DNA of 53,075 bases, filler included, from Sphacelaria rigidula (Eukaryota), in assembly GCA_964200075.2 (NCBI GenBank). It is 4 parts of 4 records of this genome, joined end to end, with 100 filler letters (N's around TTAATTAATTAA, not from the genome) between each part and the next. Parts side by side here need not be neighbours in the genome. Positions count along the whole stretch, not along the records: positions 26,590 to 39,782 come from CAXNAA020003078.1; positions 39,883 to 53,075 come from CAXNAA020003079.1; 2 more parts are not named here. One strand, written 5' to 3'. Each line of letters begins with the position of its first letter. Within the stretch, counting starts at the first letter, position 1. The notes beneath the pieces are model-generated. The model ran no database searches. It was not told the origin of the DNA and saw only the letters and a list, made by a program, of their open reading frames with translations. The position numbers were made by a program, and so were the translations under genes. Shown here one piece after another: positions 33,201 to 45,513 of this stretch.

Positions 33201-36200
33201 TCGTCGGCAGGGTTGTTTTGCCCAGCGAGGGGCTTTGGTTAAAAGGCGAAGACCCGAGCATTTTCGGCCCTTGTCGTTTCTGACAGTGGATTTTGGATTT
33301 GTCCCATGCCTGAGCTGTGGGAGCAGACGTGACCGAGGGATGATCACACAGAGATATAGCCCGACTCCGCAGGTATAGCTGCAGTAGAGTGCGGGATAGA
33401 GTCTCACCTTGTCTACCGAGTCTACACTAACGCCAACGATTTGCGCACCCGCCGCTTTGAACTTATCGAAGTCTTTCTGGAAACCCTGCACAGCGAGCAA
33501 AGAGAGATGCAGAAGACGGATTGAGTTGAGATCGGCGGGCAAGCGGCACAGAGTAATATGACAACGGGAAAGCCGGCCAGAACAACAAAAACAGCAGTGG
33601 CTAGAGAGGAGAAAGAACGCTTATCATTACGACAACTCAGTAACTAAAACTGTAGGAGTAGCAGCGAAACACACACACACACACACACGCATCTGTTTGC
33701 TCACCGCAAACGGAAGCGTACAACCAACACACAGATTGCTATTGGCGAGAGACATCGCGTCATGGACGCGCGTACATTTGTGTAAGCTATCATCCAATAT
33801 ATTCTGGACACCAATCTACACCTTCCGATATATGAGGACGCACCGGTCGGGGTCACACAGGGGGAAGGAAGGTCACACATGGCGTGTTCTTCTCTTCTTC
33901 CCTCCTTCTTGGACTACACTCTCCTGCAGTGCTGGCCTTAATGTTTATCGCAGCGAGGTTTCGGCGGATCCTTTCCCCCGTAGACCGTGATGTCGATATT
34001 TGTGTACCGACGGCATCGTTGCTCTCCATTATTGGGCATAATGTGGGAAAAATCCCAGATTGTCTGACTTCACCGAGGTTCTAAGCCACATCCCGACCGT
34101 CAGAAGGTGTCAACGGTCGGACGCAAAAAATTATATTTCGTCCTATATCCAACATCTTGCACGAACCAATCATGCGATTCGTAGACAATTCGTCGTTCGT
34201 GCTACAGTGTATGGAAGCTGCATATCTCCGCGTGTCAAACATGTCGTACACCGTCGAAGGTACATGTTTCCTATCTTCCAGTCGTATGGTATGGATTATA
34301 GGCACGTGTTCCCCGCCTTCCACTCGTACGAGGTGAATCAAGTGCACATGTTCCCCACTTTCCATCCATGCAGCATGAATCATAGGCACAAGTTCCCCGC
34401 CCTCCACTCATACGAGGTGAACCACGCGCGCATATTTCCCGCTTTACGTTGATGCGCATACATTACACGTACATGTTCTCCACCTTCAATTTATATGGCA
34501 TCAAACATGGAACCATATTCCCCCCGTGTTATTTCATGAGGCGCGACGAAGACAGCATCAGAACGGGACGTCCACACATGTTAGTGTGAGTTTCCGTAAA
34601 TCTTCGGCAGCGTACACTGCAGTCCGCGGACTACGGTGCAACACATCACAGCACAGCACGCATCTGCGTACGTAGACCGTTCTTTTACCTGTTTCATATT
34701 CCCGAGCTGAGCTTTGACGAATTTCTGTGGTTTCATATTTTATTCTGCCGTACAGTTGGTCTAAATACATGAAACAGCACAAAGACAGCTTCAGACATAA
34801 ATACCGCAGCAGTCGTCTCAGCATATTGCGTGAGTTTTTGGAAGCACTCCGGCAGCGCACACTGCAGTCTGCAGACAGAACGATACAGTATAGCACGGCA
34901 TGGTATATCGTGCGGTACGATTGGTATAGCTGACAACAGCAGAACTACTGAATGTTCTATCCACACGGCACAAAGTATGGGTACGTATTTCTCCCAGCTG
35001 TTTCATGCATGAATCACAGGTACAGGTTTCTCCCTTCCTATTTATACGAGGTGAATCAAGCGTGCATACTCCCTACTGTCCATCCGCGCAGTATGAATCA
35101 TGGGTATACGTTCACGGCCTTCCATCCATACGAGATGGATCAAGAGTACGTGTTCCCCACTTATGATTCATGCAGGAACCGTGATTCGTATTTGTCTTGC
35201 ACTTTTCATTCGCGTGACACTACTCGGAGTCCACACATTCCTCGTTCGTGATTCATGCGGTACGACTGTGAACGTACAACTTCACCATCCGTGGTTCATA
35301 CCGGATGACTCTTTGGAACATGATTCGCATTCAACGTTCACGCGGCGTCAACCCGTATGGATTCCCATTCGTCCGAACCTTCGAAGGTTTCGAGGCTATC
35401 ACATGAGCCACTGGGGCTACGGGCTGTACGTGCAATTGTAAATAGTTGTGTAACAGAACTAGAGGTGCGCACGACCGTTGATATGGGACATTACAAGACA
35501 CTTTCCACGATACCCCCCCCCAACAACCAATCCAAAACTGTCAGGGAGAAAATGGTCATACAGCGCCTGAGGTTTTGCTTAAGGCTGCATGTAGCGCCTC
35601 GTATAGGCGACACTGGCGAAAAACGAACTCAAGCATGGGAATTCCCAGCTGCTCGTTTCTCTCGGCTTGTTTTATTTCGATTTTCGTGTAGATTTTGGAT
35701 CCCCAAACCAGCCATTTTTCGGGGGGAGGCGGCTATCGTAAAAAGCGTCACAATCGGTGTATACTACGACAGACTAAAGCCGTCCTACCTTGGCTTCGAT
35801 GGTGCACCCGGAAGTGAAGTCTCCTGCGAGAACGACGGCGAATAAGAACAAGCGTCCGACCACAAGGAAAGGTCAGTGCAGATTCCGGGAGACCGGGGAA
35901 AACAAAGGTTCTTCTCCGTAGACGGGGTAGGGGTAGGCCACGTCTTCGCCGGAGCACAATCCGGACCGCAGCCGTGCAACTACATCATGCCAGCAAAGAA
36001 ATATACATATGCTCTTCGTTGACGGTCGAGGTAGGAAACTTCAAAGCAGTGTACCTGTAGAAGTACCACAACGATGACGACCGTATCATGATTTTTCATA
36101 CGACCATATCATCTGCAAAAGTCGTGCTAGAATAGTTTTCACGTTCTTTCCGTCTTCAATAAATTTCCGGTTTGCACACGGGCACCCACTAACAGGCCCG

Positions 36201-37645
36201 CTTGCTTTATTTTGCTCTCCTTGGTGTACGTGTTATTTTTTCGCTCTGTATCATCACATTTTGAACTCCTTCCCTTTTCCTCGAAACGAGTCCGTGGCGT
36301 CGAGGGATCAACCATCTCTCCCCCGGTACATCAACAACATTTTAGCATATACCGCGGTATGAATCAGGCTTCGGCATGGCGTCGGATCTCTTGAAAAGAA
36401 ACTCAGTTGCAAGGAATATTTTTGCTCATCACGTGTTCACGCTTTCAACGACTAAGAGAAGACACTTTGAAAATTCCGACGTATACGGCGGGAATCGAAC
36501 CCGCATTCTTTCCACCCTGATGGTTTCAGTTGTACAATTTTGATTTACACCACCGGGGCGCGGCGGCTGGAGACGAAAAATACTGAGCGTTCACGGCCGA
36601 GACAGAATGATTTGAGGCAACTTCGCACCGATTTTTGCGCTGCGTTATAACTTCGCCGACGAGTGCACCCGAGACCAGCAAAAAACGACAAGACGTACTT
36701 GTACCTTCTCTCGGCCACAGCCAAAGTCCAAACATCAACACGCACACAGGACAAGAAGGACAATCGACTTGGACTCGACTGCCGTCAGTCACGACCCCCA
36801 CCTCTGATCGAACCCTTGCGTTTTTCTAGGGGGGCGTCTAGCTTGGTGTCCAAAGTGTATGTATTCACCAAAGTGATCCTGTCCCGTACAACATAGATCA
36901 CACCTGGATAAAAATAGAGCACGGTGTGCTTAGCCTTCGTCAGCAATTCCTTGAGGTTGATATCCTTTCCTGTGTTACTCGGCAGCGTGAAGTCCGGCGC
37001 GACGCTGCCCGCTGTCGGCGCTGCGGGGGGCAGCGAGCATGGGGGAGGGAGAGGTTGGTCTAGAGCAATACTGGCTTCTCGATGCTATATCAAGTGGTCT
37101 TGTGGCCTATAAAGAAGAAGATGGAGGGACACTTCCGCTATATTACGAAATCGTGCCGCGCTCTCGCGCGACGTTATAGGGTGTTTCCAGACCGTGGCTA
37201 GAATATGCATGAGTGATGCGGTGTGATTTTCCATCTCAAGTGATATGATGAGGGATACCTCATACCGCCCCCGCCTTTTTCGCACGAATTGCGTGCTCGA
37301 TATGCCGTCGCTCACAGGCTAGACCTCAACACGATTTTGAAGAGATGTAGAGCCAAATGGTGATTTTTGCTCGCCTCCGGTGGGATCCCCTCAGCACCCT
37401 GTACGGTAACATTAGCGCTATTCGTGCGAACTGGATATCTGTGTGGGGAAATCTACGATAAAAAACTCTACGGTAAAGTAGTGACGCGCTTGACGCGTGG
37501 CGTTTTGATTGGATACCCTTGTAGGGGTTTTCCACCGCTTTTTTGCGTGATGAAGGACATACGTGTAGATGCGACGGGGAGGAAGCGCTCTCTAGCGCCC
37601 CGAACTATTTCACCCTCTGCTCACCTAACCCAGCTGCGAGCGTTG
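30288..37645 (-). CDS. PRXQ: Peroxiredoxin Q / BCP family peroxidase (N-terminal targeting exons missing)
   Basis: Exons 37645-37625 (21-nt micro-exon, less certain), 37020-36904, 35823-35789, 33485-33408, 31724-31563 and 30359-30288 (TAG) splice in phase: APTAGSVAPDFTLPSNTGKDINLKELLTKAKHTVLYFYPGDFTSGCTIEAKGFQKDFDKFKAAGAQIVGVSVDSVDKHLDFEKSYGLQFPLLSDVGANVADKYGSKLDIPFMGKFANRLTFIIGSDGKIEKVFTDVEGKVAKHSEEVLATLASL*. Has the PxxxTxxC active-site motif and catalytic Arg. Confidence 0.92.
30383..30582. repeat. Diverged tandem duplication, two units of about 101 bp
   Basis: GTGCAGGGGG...GAAGTACACAGCA..AGGTGCAAG...GCGTCATGAAAAAGG...CCCGATC starts at 30383 and again at 30484. Confidence 0.8.
32132..32210 (-). 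mobile_element. Family A LINE 3' tip
   Basis: G-run then CGTACTCATTTGTTGCTTGCCTTAGTCGTTTGACCATTGACCACGCATCCCTCTCGAGACGGAGCA, followed by another G-run at about 32216-32224. Confidence 0.8.
33780..33960 (+). repeat. Dispersed repeat with an inverted relative at 50300-50470
   Basis: ATTCTGGAC...TCTAC.CCTT..G...GCACC.G.CGGGGTCACACAGG.GGAAGG...CCTTAAT.T.TTATCGC is shared between the two sites. Confidence 0.6.
34255..35260. repeat. Degenerate 42-bp tandem repeat with an 84-bp dimer period, in two blocks
   Basis: Unit starts near 34263, 34305, 34347 and 34389; second block at about 34950-35260 after an unrelated insert; related units at 28060-28260. Confidence 0.7.
35360..35423 (-). mobile_element. 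Degenerate tRNA-derived SINE head
   Basis: GAAGGTTTCGAGG.TA.CAC.TGAGCCAC.GGGGC matches the 26130 copy. Confidence 0.5.
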
Positions 37646-37739
37646 CTATAATAAAACCATTTGATTAACAGTCTCCGGTCGCCCGAACCAACTAATAGCT
37701 CGTCACAGGGAGGCTTAACGCAGCCGATCTGTGACATTA

Positions 37740-39590
37740 CGGAAAGAGCAGACATGGCTTGAACGGCTCGATCTCAGGGGCTACGCGAGACACATCAAGG
37801 GGCACCGGTCCCGAACGTGAGTCGTTTGGTGGAGATGCACATAGATTGGGTCGTGATGCCGTGGTATTGCATAGCGATATCTTCGAGGAAGAAGGTGGTT
37901 GGACGAGCGGGTTCAAGCCAGCTGTTTCAAATTTCATGGGGAAAGAGAGTGAACATGAGATATTTCGGCATCTCTTCGCAAGTTATGCGAGTCACTTGAA
38001 ACTAGACTGGAATTTCACGAGAGAAACAGACGAGGTGAACGTTGGAGATCTACATGGATGGAAGAGTTGGAAGCTCAGTACGGGAGGGAGGTGGTGTACA
38101 CGCACGTGAGAGCGTCGCACCTGCTGTCTGTTAACCCATCTAGTGAAGCAGATCAAGACATATTTGTTTCGAGAACGTTCACCCCAAGCAGCGTGGAATG
38201 CCCTGCTCGAACAAAAAGTTCCAAAACCCAGGGGGTTAGACTGGCGTTGTTAAGTGAGCTCGACGACGTAAAGATTGCAGTAAATGAGGATCCCATAGCA
38301 CACCGGTAGACCTGGAGTGTACGGCGAGAAGGTCAACGTGCTCTGAAGAGCTGCGAAACTTGAACAACGCCCTCATACTATCCAAATTGTGAATGTACTC
38401 CCTTCAGAGTGTGATATTTTGAGGCAAGGACTGAGGGGAGTGAGGGGTCACCTGAAGAGGGAGAGGTTGGTGTCTACTATGAGCACATGGGTCGTGTCGA
38501 CCGCTTTCAAACACTCACTTGGAAGGGCCAAGGGGACGGCCAGTGACGGCGCGCTCATCGAGAAAGCAGTCTACGGGCAGTGCCAGTGGCTCGCGCCGCG
38601 GTGGGAAAGCCCGGGGGCAGAGACGTGGGATGATTTTGGGCAAGATGGGGGTGGTGATGGTGATGAGACAGGGTCGACACCTTCGACGAGCAGTCCAGGC
38701 GCTGATCTCCCGCGGGCGCGTTGCTTTGTATATGGAGGAATGGTGACACATCGAGCGAAAAATACCCGCAGAGACGATGCTTCCGGTGTCGTGAAAGAGG
38801 GTACAACGTGGAGAGTTGCGAGAGCAGCGAGGGAGTGGTCGTAGCTATAACGAGTCGGGCGAGGGAGACTCGCCCGTGTGTTCAGATGCAGAAGCGGGCG
38901 TATTTCCACAGGACATGGTTTTCTTCATTGCTTTTGTGCGGAAACACATTTATGGTCGGTGCGCTTGTTTGACGTGAACAATAATACTGACTGTAGATGG
39001 CTGGGCGCATTGTAGTGCTGATATACTGCCTGTTTTGAAAATGTGTGGGAACCGCTGCGGAGTTTTGACTGTGGTAGAGGACGCGCGTGGCACAAGTGTT
39101 TCGATTGACGGTAGCTGATTGACAGTATTAGGGCAAACGAAAGAGGGAGCGGTAATCGGTAAATGTTGCCTGGAAAACATTATCGCGGGAGAATAGGGCG
39201 ATTGGAAAACTCGGACTGCAGAAGGCAATCGCGAGGGTTACAGTAATTGAAAGAAATAGATCGACTGTTGTCTGGAGCGCAAACAAAGCCAGAAAAACGA
39301 TCGCAGAACAAGTGCAGCAAAACATGAGTACATGAATTATTTCGAAGACGGCTATGGGAGACATGCAGTGCGGACAGTGGAATGTGATGATGCGCGGTGG
39401 TTTTCCATCGTGGACTTGAGTAGGGATGGGTAGCTTGACCGTGTGAGGAAGTACAGTACATGACGGTGTGATTATGCCTGTCGGTGGAAAGATTAATTCA
39501 AAAGGTTGCTTATTTGGGTAGGATGACGGAGGTGATTGGAGGAGGAGACACGTTGATATTAGGGGGAAATATGAAGAGACGTACACACCA
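37740..39590 (+). mobile_element. Decayed LTR retrotransposon internal region, Ty3/Gypsy-like
   Basis: Two eroded gag zinc knuckles at about 38720-38820 (CFVYGGMVTHRAKN; CFRCRERGYNVESC), then RT remnants ARWFSIVDLS (about 39390-39420) and KVAYLGR (about 39500-39522); many stops and frameshifts; no LTR recognised. Confidence 0.6.
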
Positions 39591-39782
39591 AGCCGATACA
39601 GATATTTTTTCCGTCGCTATTTCTCAATGAACCTCAACCCTATTTTCGTTTCTTCCATGTCACGCAGAAAATGCAGAGAGGTCACTAAATTTGTCACTAA
39701 ATTTTGCTCGCAGATACAGTGACCTTTCCCGTCTTTTGAAAGATGAAAACAAGAAAAAGGAGGGGGTGGGTGGGGGGGGGTG

Positions 39783-39882
39783 NNNNNNNNNNNNNNNNNN
39801 NNNNNNNNNNNNNNNNNNNNNNNNNNTTAATTAATTAANNNNNNNNNNNNNNNNNNNNNNNNNNNNNNNNNNNNNNNNNNNN
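39783..39882. other. Assembly linker between contigs
   Basis: 44 N + TTAATTAATTAA + 44 N. Confidence 0.97.
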
Positions 39883-39942
39883 CCTCTACTCAACCATCAG
39901 AAGGTTACGAGGTTACCAACTGAGCCACCGGGGCGACCGGCT
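39883..39942 (-). mobile_element. tRNA-derived SINE head, cut by the gap
   Basis: CAACCATCAGAAGGTTACGAGGTTACCAACTGAGCCACCGGGGCGACCGGC, close to the 26130 copy. Confidence 0.65.
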
Positions 39943-40328
39943 CAATGTCATGTGTAATTAACGGTATTGAAATAGCAGGTAAGCTGACGACAGTCGTAGG
40001 CTATGTACGCTTGCGTACCCTTCTCTGGGTACCATCTTTGTCGGTAGCTCTCTCACTCCTATGAATTCGTGGTCTGAACATCCATGGGTACATACACCGT
40101 GAAGAGCTGGATATGGGTAAAACCGGGTGTCAACAACTGTACACTGCGAGCTGATTTGGTCGGATTCTCCGCAAAAATGTGTGCACAAGGCTCGAAGGTT
40201 TCCTGTTGTTGGTTCTGCTTCTGTGATGTCAGACGAATATGTATATTATGTTTGTTGATGAAATCCGTGTGAATATGATGCAGTGGACGATGACGCGCTC
40301 ACGATGCATTCTGATTGCGTGTCCTCAC

Positions 40329-43300
40329 ATGTCCGGCGGCCACATGATTGCATCGTTTCCGTCGTCATCTTCGTTGTTCACACCCACATCCAGTCCCGCC
40401 GATCCGTTTCGATCGCCGGTCGTGTAGCCGGCCAACGTTAACCGAATAAATTTCCTAGCTTGTTTGTGGTTGTTGATCACCCGAACGAAAAAGCAAACGG
40501 CAGAGTGAATTTCAGGGGTGATACCCGGGCGCACGCACATGTACCCGCGCAAGACACATTGGAGCATGACAAACACGCATGCTAGACCATGGCACTAAAG
40601 CACGGCACACACATGGCACACATATACCTAGAACAGTACAGAATTGCACACTTCTGCGACCATTGTTGCATTACAGTATTGGTATACATCATTAAATATA
40701 ACGGATCTCGAAGGTGCGAGCGAGACTATGGAGAGGCGACAATATCGAGAGCTGCCGTAACTTCTTCCCATGGGGTGCAACGATAATTCATTCAACAAAG
40801 AAGCGACAAGTCGTGCGAGAAGGGAAAAAAAACGCAGGAAATGAAAACGCAAGATAAGACGCGCTCAACTGAGGGGAGGCCTGAAGTCATCGTGCAATCT
40901 TCCTGTCGGGTATGGCATCCATTCCAGTATATTATCCAAGGTCATGTTCTGTAGGGTATACCGGCTAAAAAACGGGTATTTACAGAAGAATATTGGAGAT
41001 ATTTTCCCTGTATATACCGTGCCGAACCGTGCAGGATTATCGGGAAAAGGACTCGATACCTTGCCGGGCCATCCTGGAATGCCCGGTACATATTCCGGTA
41101 TGCCTTGGTATGCTAACGAAAAAGTCCCCCACCTCCGAATATACCCTACAAAACATGACGTTGTCATTATCCATCAGTGATATAACATCCACCTGGCATA
41201 TCATATTCATCTGGGATATTCATCTGGGATGAATATGTTCAACTAGGATTCTCGTCAAAAATACTGATGTGGGGCATGGATTTTCTCCTGGCGTATGACT
41301 ACTCAATTATTGGTATTCGAAACTTTCCCTAGAATAGGGATGTACATCCGCATGGAATGATCTTCAAAAAGATATCCTTCGAGGGTACTCCAGCTGAATG
41401 CTCCATGTAGGACATCAAAACGTAGCCCTAACCCCAACCCCTAGTCCTGACCCTCAGGCAGAATATCCCAGGTCAATGTCCTAGGTCGATCTGACATCCC
41501 AGATGGATATCCCAGATGAACATCCCAGATGGATATTCAGACCTAGATGAATCTTTGAGATGGATATCCCAGATGAGCATTTCAGATGAATATTCAGACC
41601 CAGATAAATCTTCGAAATGGATATACCAGAACGATGTCCCACGTGGACGGAGATATCACGGATTGATATTCATATCCCATATTGATATTGAAGATTGATA
41701 TGCCACGTGGACGTGGACATCCAAGATTACTATTCCTGGTAGATGTCCGAGATGGGTATCCATATCTCAGAGATGCATCCCAGGTGGGAAGAATGTTTCG
41801 GATGGCTATCCTAGATGGATATGATATCCCAGACAGATATTCCAGATATTTGTTGTACGATAATGCAATGCCATGGAAATGAGTGTGCGTGTTATAAACC
41901 CCAACCGTGGGAGCTCACCTTAGCGCATTCGTACCAGTGCATGATATGCTGGCCGCGTACCAAAAACACAAGAGTGGCTGCACAGCCAGGATTTGGGACT
42001 ACAAGCGCGCGGTGGAAAGTTCAGCGATTGACTGGCTATTTCCCATTTCATTAGCTATGAACACCGGATAGAACACGCACCCCAGACTGATGTTGTAGGT
42101 TGGAGTGAAGGAAAATGTGATCTCAGTAGGGTAACCCACCACGGGAGGATCGAAGGACAGAGACATGTTTTTCAAACCTGTACAGACGAAGAACGGGAGA
42201 TACGAAAGTTCCGGGAAGGAGCATGGGCGAAACAGAAGTTGTAGTGCAATAGTCAAAGGCGAGTAAAAATGCAAGCGATTGACCCACGGCGTGTCTCGTC
42301 CTTACGGTAGAGCTGATGCCGTGGAGAAGTAACGCCCGCTGTTTGTTTCTACTGCAGCGCGTACGTCCATGTCTTCAGTTTTCGAGAAACGCCACCTGCT
42401 GGTGAAGAATTGAAAATTACTGGCATGGCGGGTACTGATCAATCGACTAACTGGATGATTATGGTGGATTCGTTACACACTCCCGGGTCTGCTACAAGTT
42501 CGATCGTAATCACAAGCTAGACTCCTTCAAAGAAAATAAAGGGAACACTTCCTGGGGAAAGTCGAAGAAGGCGACATATGAAAAAGAAAGTAGACAGCAA
42601 ACACGATAAAGTAACGCGAGTATGTAGACAAACTGAAGGCCTCTGAGCATGACTTCCGTTAAGGAGGACGAAGATAAAAGAAGACAAAGGGAGACAAGTT
42701 GTACACAGCCGTGAACGTAGGTTGCGGCTCAGCAATCTGGGGTCTACGCAATTCGGCCAGAAGCAATCACCCACGAGTTCTACACTGTCGGAGCGAGACG
42801 CCAACATCCGCATGCCGTTGAACAACAACCGCAACAACAACACAAGAACAGAACTGTACACAGAAGCATGTGCGAAACAGAACAAAGTGAAGAAGAAGAA
42901 GCAAGGAAGAAATACATCGAAGGAAGCAAGAAAGGTGGACATAGAGCGTAATGTCGGAGAAGCAAGAAAGAAAAGGGACTCAGAGACAACGCGAAAGCAT
43001 GCAGGAACAAAGCAGGGAACATGGCCTCATGGAGGTTCAACAAGGGAAAGAAGTCAACAAGGGGTAGAGAAGTACACTATGCACCTTGCAACTGGCGTAT
43101 GCTACAATGGGAAGTTATTGCGCCGGGCAATATTCAACCGAGGTATACTGGGTCTATCCTTACCGCTTTGTGTGTTCGATATGTTGAAATAGTGCAAGGA
43201 TCGGGGGAATTAATGATTCTTTCGGAAATCACTTGATTTCAGTGTAGTTGATTCGTACCGTACGAATCAACCCTTTGGCTTTGTTTTCAGCGTTTCAGCC

Positions 43301-45513
43301 CAGGTACACGCAGCCCAGGTACATGGAATGGCGCAAAAACTCGCGTGGAGACATTTTTTTACCAGCGATCGACGTTTTTCTCTCTTCAAAGCAATCAGGC
43401 CTGCGAATAGTGGATTTGGTGATTCGAACCGGCGATGATTCGTCCGAACCGTGAAGTAGTGTCCTCCCCCCACGCAGTTATTTGCTTGATTGACACACCT
43501 TAGTCAGACGTACGGACAACGTGCAAGCATTGATCTGTAGATTGTATTGAAAAGTAATTGCACCGGACCGCTGGTGGGAAATACGACTTGAAACCTTACA
43601 GGCTGGAAACATATCGGCCCGAAACGATCCGCCTTAGCCGCTCCCAGACGAAGATAAAGCTCGGCATACATGAGATATCGCATCCATGGCGATATTTTAT
43701 TGCAAGGAGCTGGAAGTTCTGGCATCACACATGCTTGGGTAAGACCCCTCCCCCCCCCTTCCCGCCTCCCCTTCCTATTTTCTCCGCTTCGTGCTCAATC
43801 ATGTCCTAGAATCGCGTGTGCATTTTGATGTGTAGGACGCGATCTGATTATCGACGCTTTGCATATACGACGGGTGGTGTCGTGAGTGTTAGGTGGCCTG
43901 ACGTACGTAGTCGCGAGTCTGGCACAGACGTGCGTACAATGGTTGAGAACGCCGCCTGCAACGAATGGGCACTTTTGCTGTTATGGTAGCGTCCGGAAAA
44001 TATGGATATCCGTAAGAACATACAAGGGTCCCCTCGATATTTTCGCCTGAAATACGGTTTCGAGCGGTAGTCTTGCGTAGTGATTGTTACTCTAAGCGGG
44101 TCAGTATTGCAAAGTATTAAAGTATTGCCGTGCTTCACTTTTTCAAGTATCATGATGATAAAATGCAGCATTTGCCTCTCACTAACCGGCGCATACCACC
44201 TACTAAAATGTGTCGGCGAGTTGCACGAAGGGTGAGCTGCATCGTTTTGCTCGGATTGTTCGGCTCGAAGCACACTGGTCATCTTGAACATGGACGACAG
44301 CCTTCAATGAGTTGCTTCATTTTCTGGTGCCACCACTCCCAGAGGCAGCCACGGGTTACGCACGGGTTCATGAGTGGCCCACCATGTACTGTAAACACTA
44401 CATAGTACGGAGGGGGGAGTATCTCGTCGTGTTGGTGGTGGCCGAGATTCGAACCCGGGATTGTTTGCTCATGAAGCGCACAGTCATGTCGTGGTGTGGC
44501 CGATGTGAGAGATGATGAACCCTCGATGGGCACATGTGGGATGTTTTCTTTTACGTCGTTGTATCCACGCACTAGTTGCCCCGGGGAAACTCTCGACCCC
44601 CCGTCATATCTTGATGTCGGTAAGCCGCACAAAAAATCGAGGTTGGGGAAGCAGTTTGCTACTCAGCCACGCATAACTCTTCGCCAATTCCGCAGGCAAG
44701 GGGCAAATAACTGTAGTAAAACAAAGCCAACCAAAGCTTAGCGCTTCGTGGTTACGAGGTCAGGCGAAAACTTGATATGCTCCTTGCCGGCTTTGTAGGG
44801 ATACGGGGTCAATGGCTCCCTTGACTACGGCATGCGAGACCATGAATACCACCCCCATCCGCCCAACACACACGCACACAGACCCGCCGCCAACGTATAT
44901 ATTTAAGCGGGCAAAAAACTCGTAAAATCGGTGGGAAATAAGACCACTGGCGGGTGAGTAGCAACCAGAGTTCACAGACATAAACGAAAGTGCACTGCGC
45001 AGACTATTGGCTATGCAACCCCACGCCTGACTCCGTTTTTTCTTCCTTTGTCCTTTCGCAATCCTCTCGAGGGCATACCTCGGTGGGTGTTGCCGTCTTT
45101 TGCCAGGAGAATGTGGATATGTAGCACACATGATACCATTCGGCTACTGTCTGAACCTAAAAAATCAGAGTTGCCAGGTACCTTGCAAGTATTGTGCATC
45201 ACGTTTGCTGAGAAATCGTGCGACCACGACTGGATTAGAAGGGAACGCTTGATATGTGAACATCAATATACCAATTAGTCAACCAAATGATCCCAGTTTT
45301 ACCTTCCGCGGGTCTAGGTGCAAAACACGTGATCATCAGCAACATGATTCCCACAAAAAATGAGAAATGATTCTCCGCTGCTCTCCGCCACAACCCCAGA
45401 CCATCCCGTCGCTGTCGCGCCATCGTTCTTTTCGCGTCGCTATCCATCAATGTATCTGAATGTTCTCTGCAGCAGTGCCTCGCTCGCCTCCTCGTCGCCT
45501 TGCCTAATTTCAT
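40329..45513 (-). CDS. Unknown protein with N-terminal hydrophobic anchor or signal; first three exons, truncated at the gap
   Basis: Exons (45513, or a later ATG such as 45423)-45303, 42177-42081 and 40454-40329 join with matching phases 1 and 2: ...ENHFSFFVGIMLLMITCFAPRPAE-GLKNMSLSFDPPVVGYPTEITFSFTPTYNISLG-KFIRLTLAGYTTGDRNGSAGLDVGVNNEDDDGNDAIMWPPD. Start codon uncertain. Confidence 0.6.
41170..41850. repeat. Degenerate ~12-bp minisatellite (GGATATCCCAGAT), probably TE-internal
   Basis: Repeated GATGGATATCCCAGATGAA variants at 41490-41850, with inverted copies (CATCTGGGATATTCATCTGGGAT) at about 41205-41230. Confidence 0.7.
44760..44856 (+). mobile_element. Diverged family B poly(C)-tailed fragment
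   Basis: GGCGAAAAC...TGCTCC..GCCGGCTTTGTAGGGATACGGGGTCAATGG...GACTACGGCATGC...CATGAATACCACCCCC. Confidence 0.6.
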
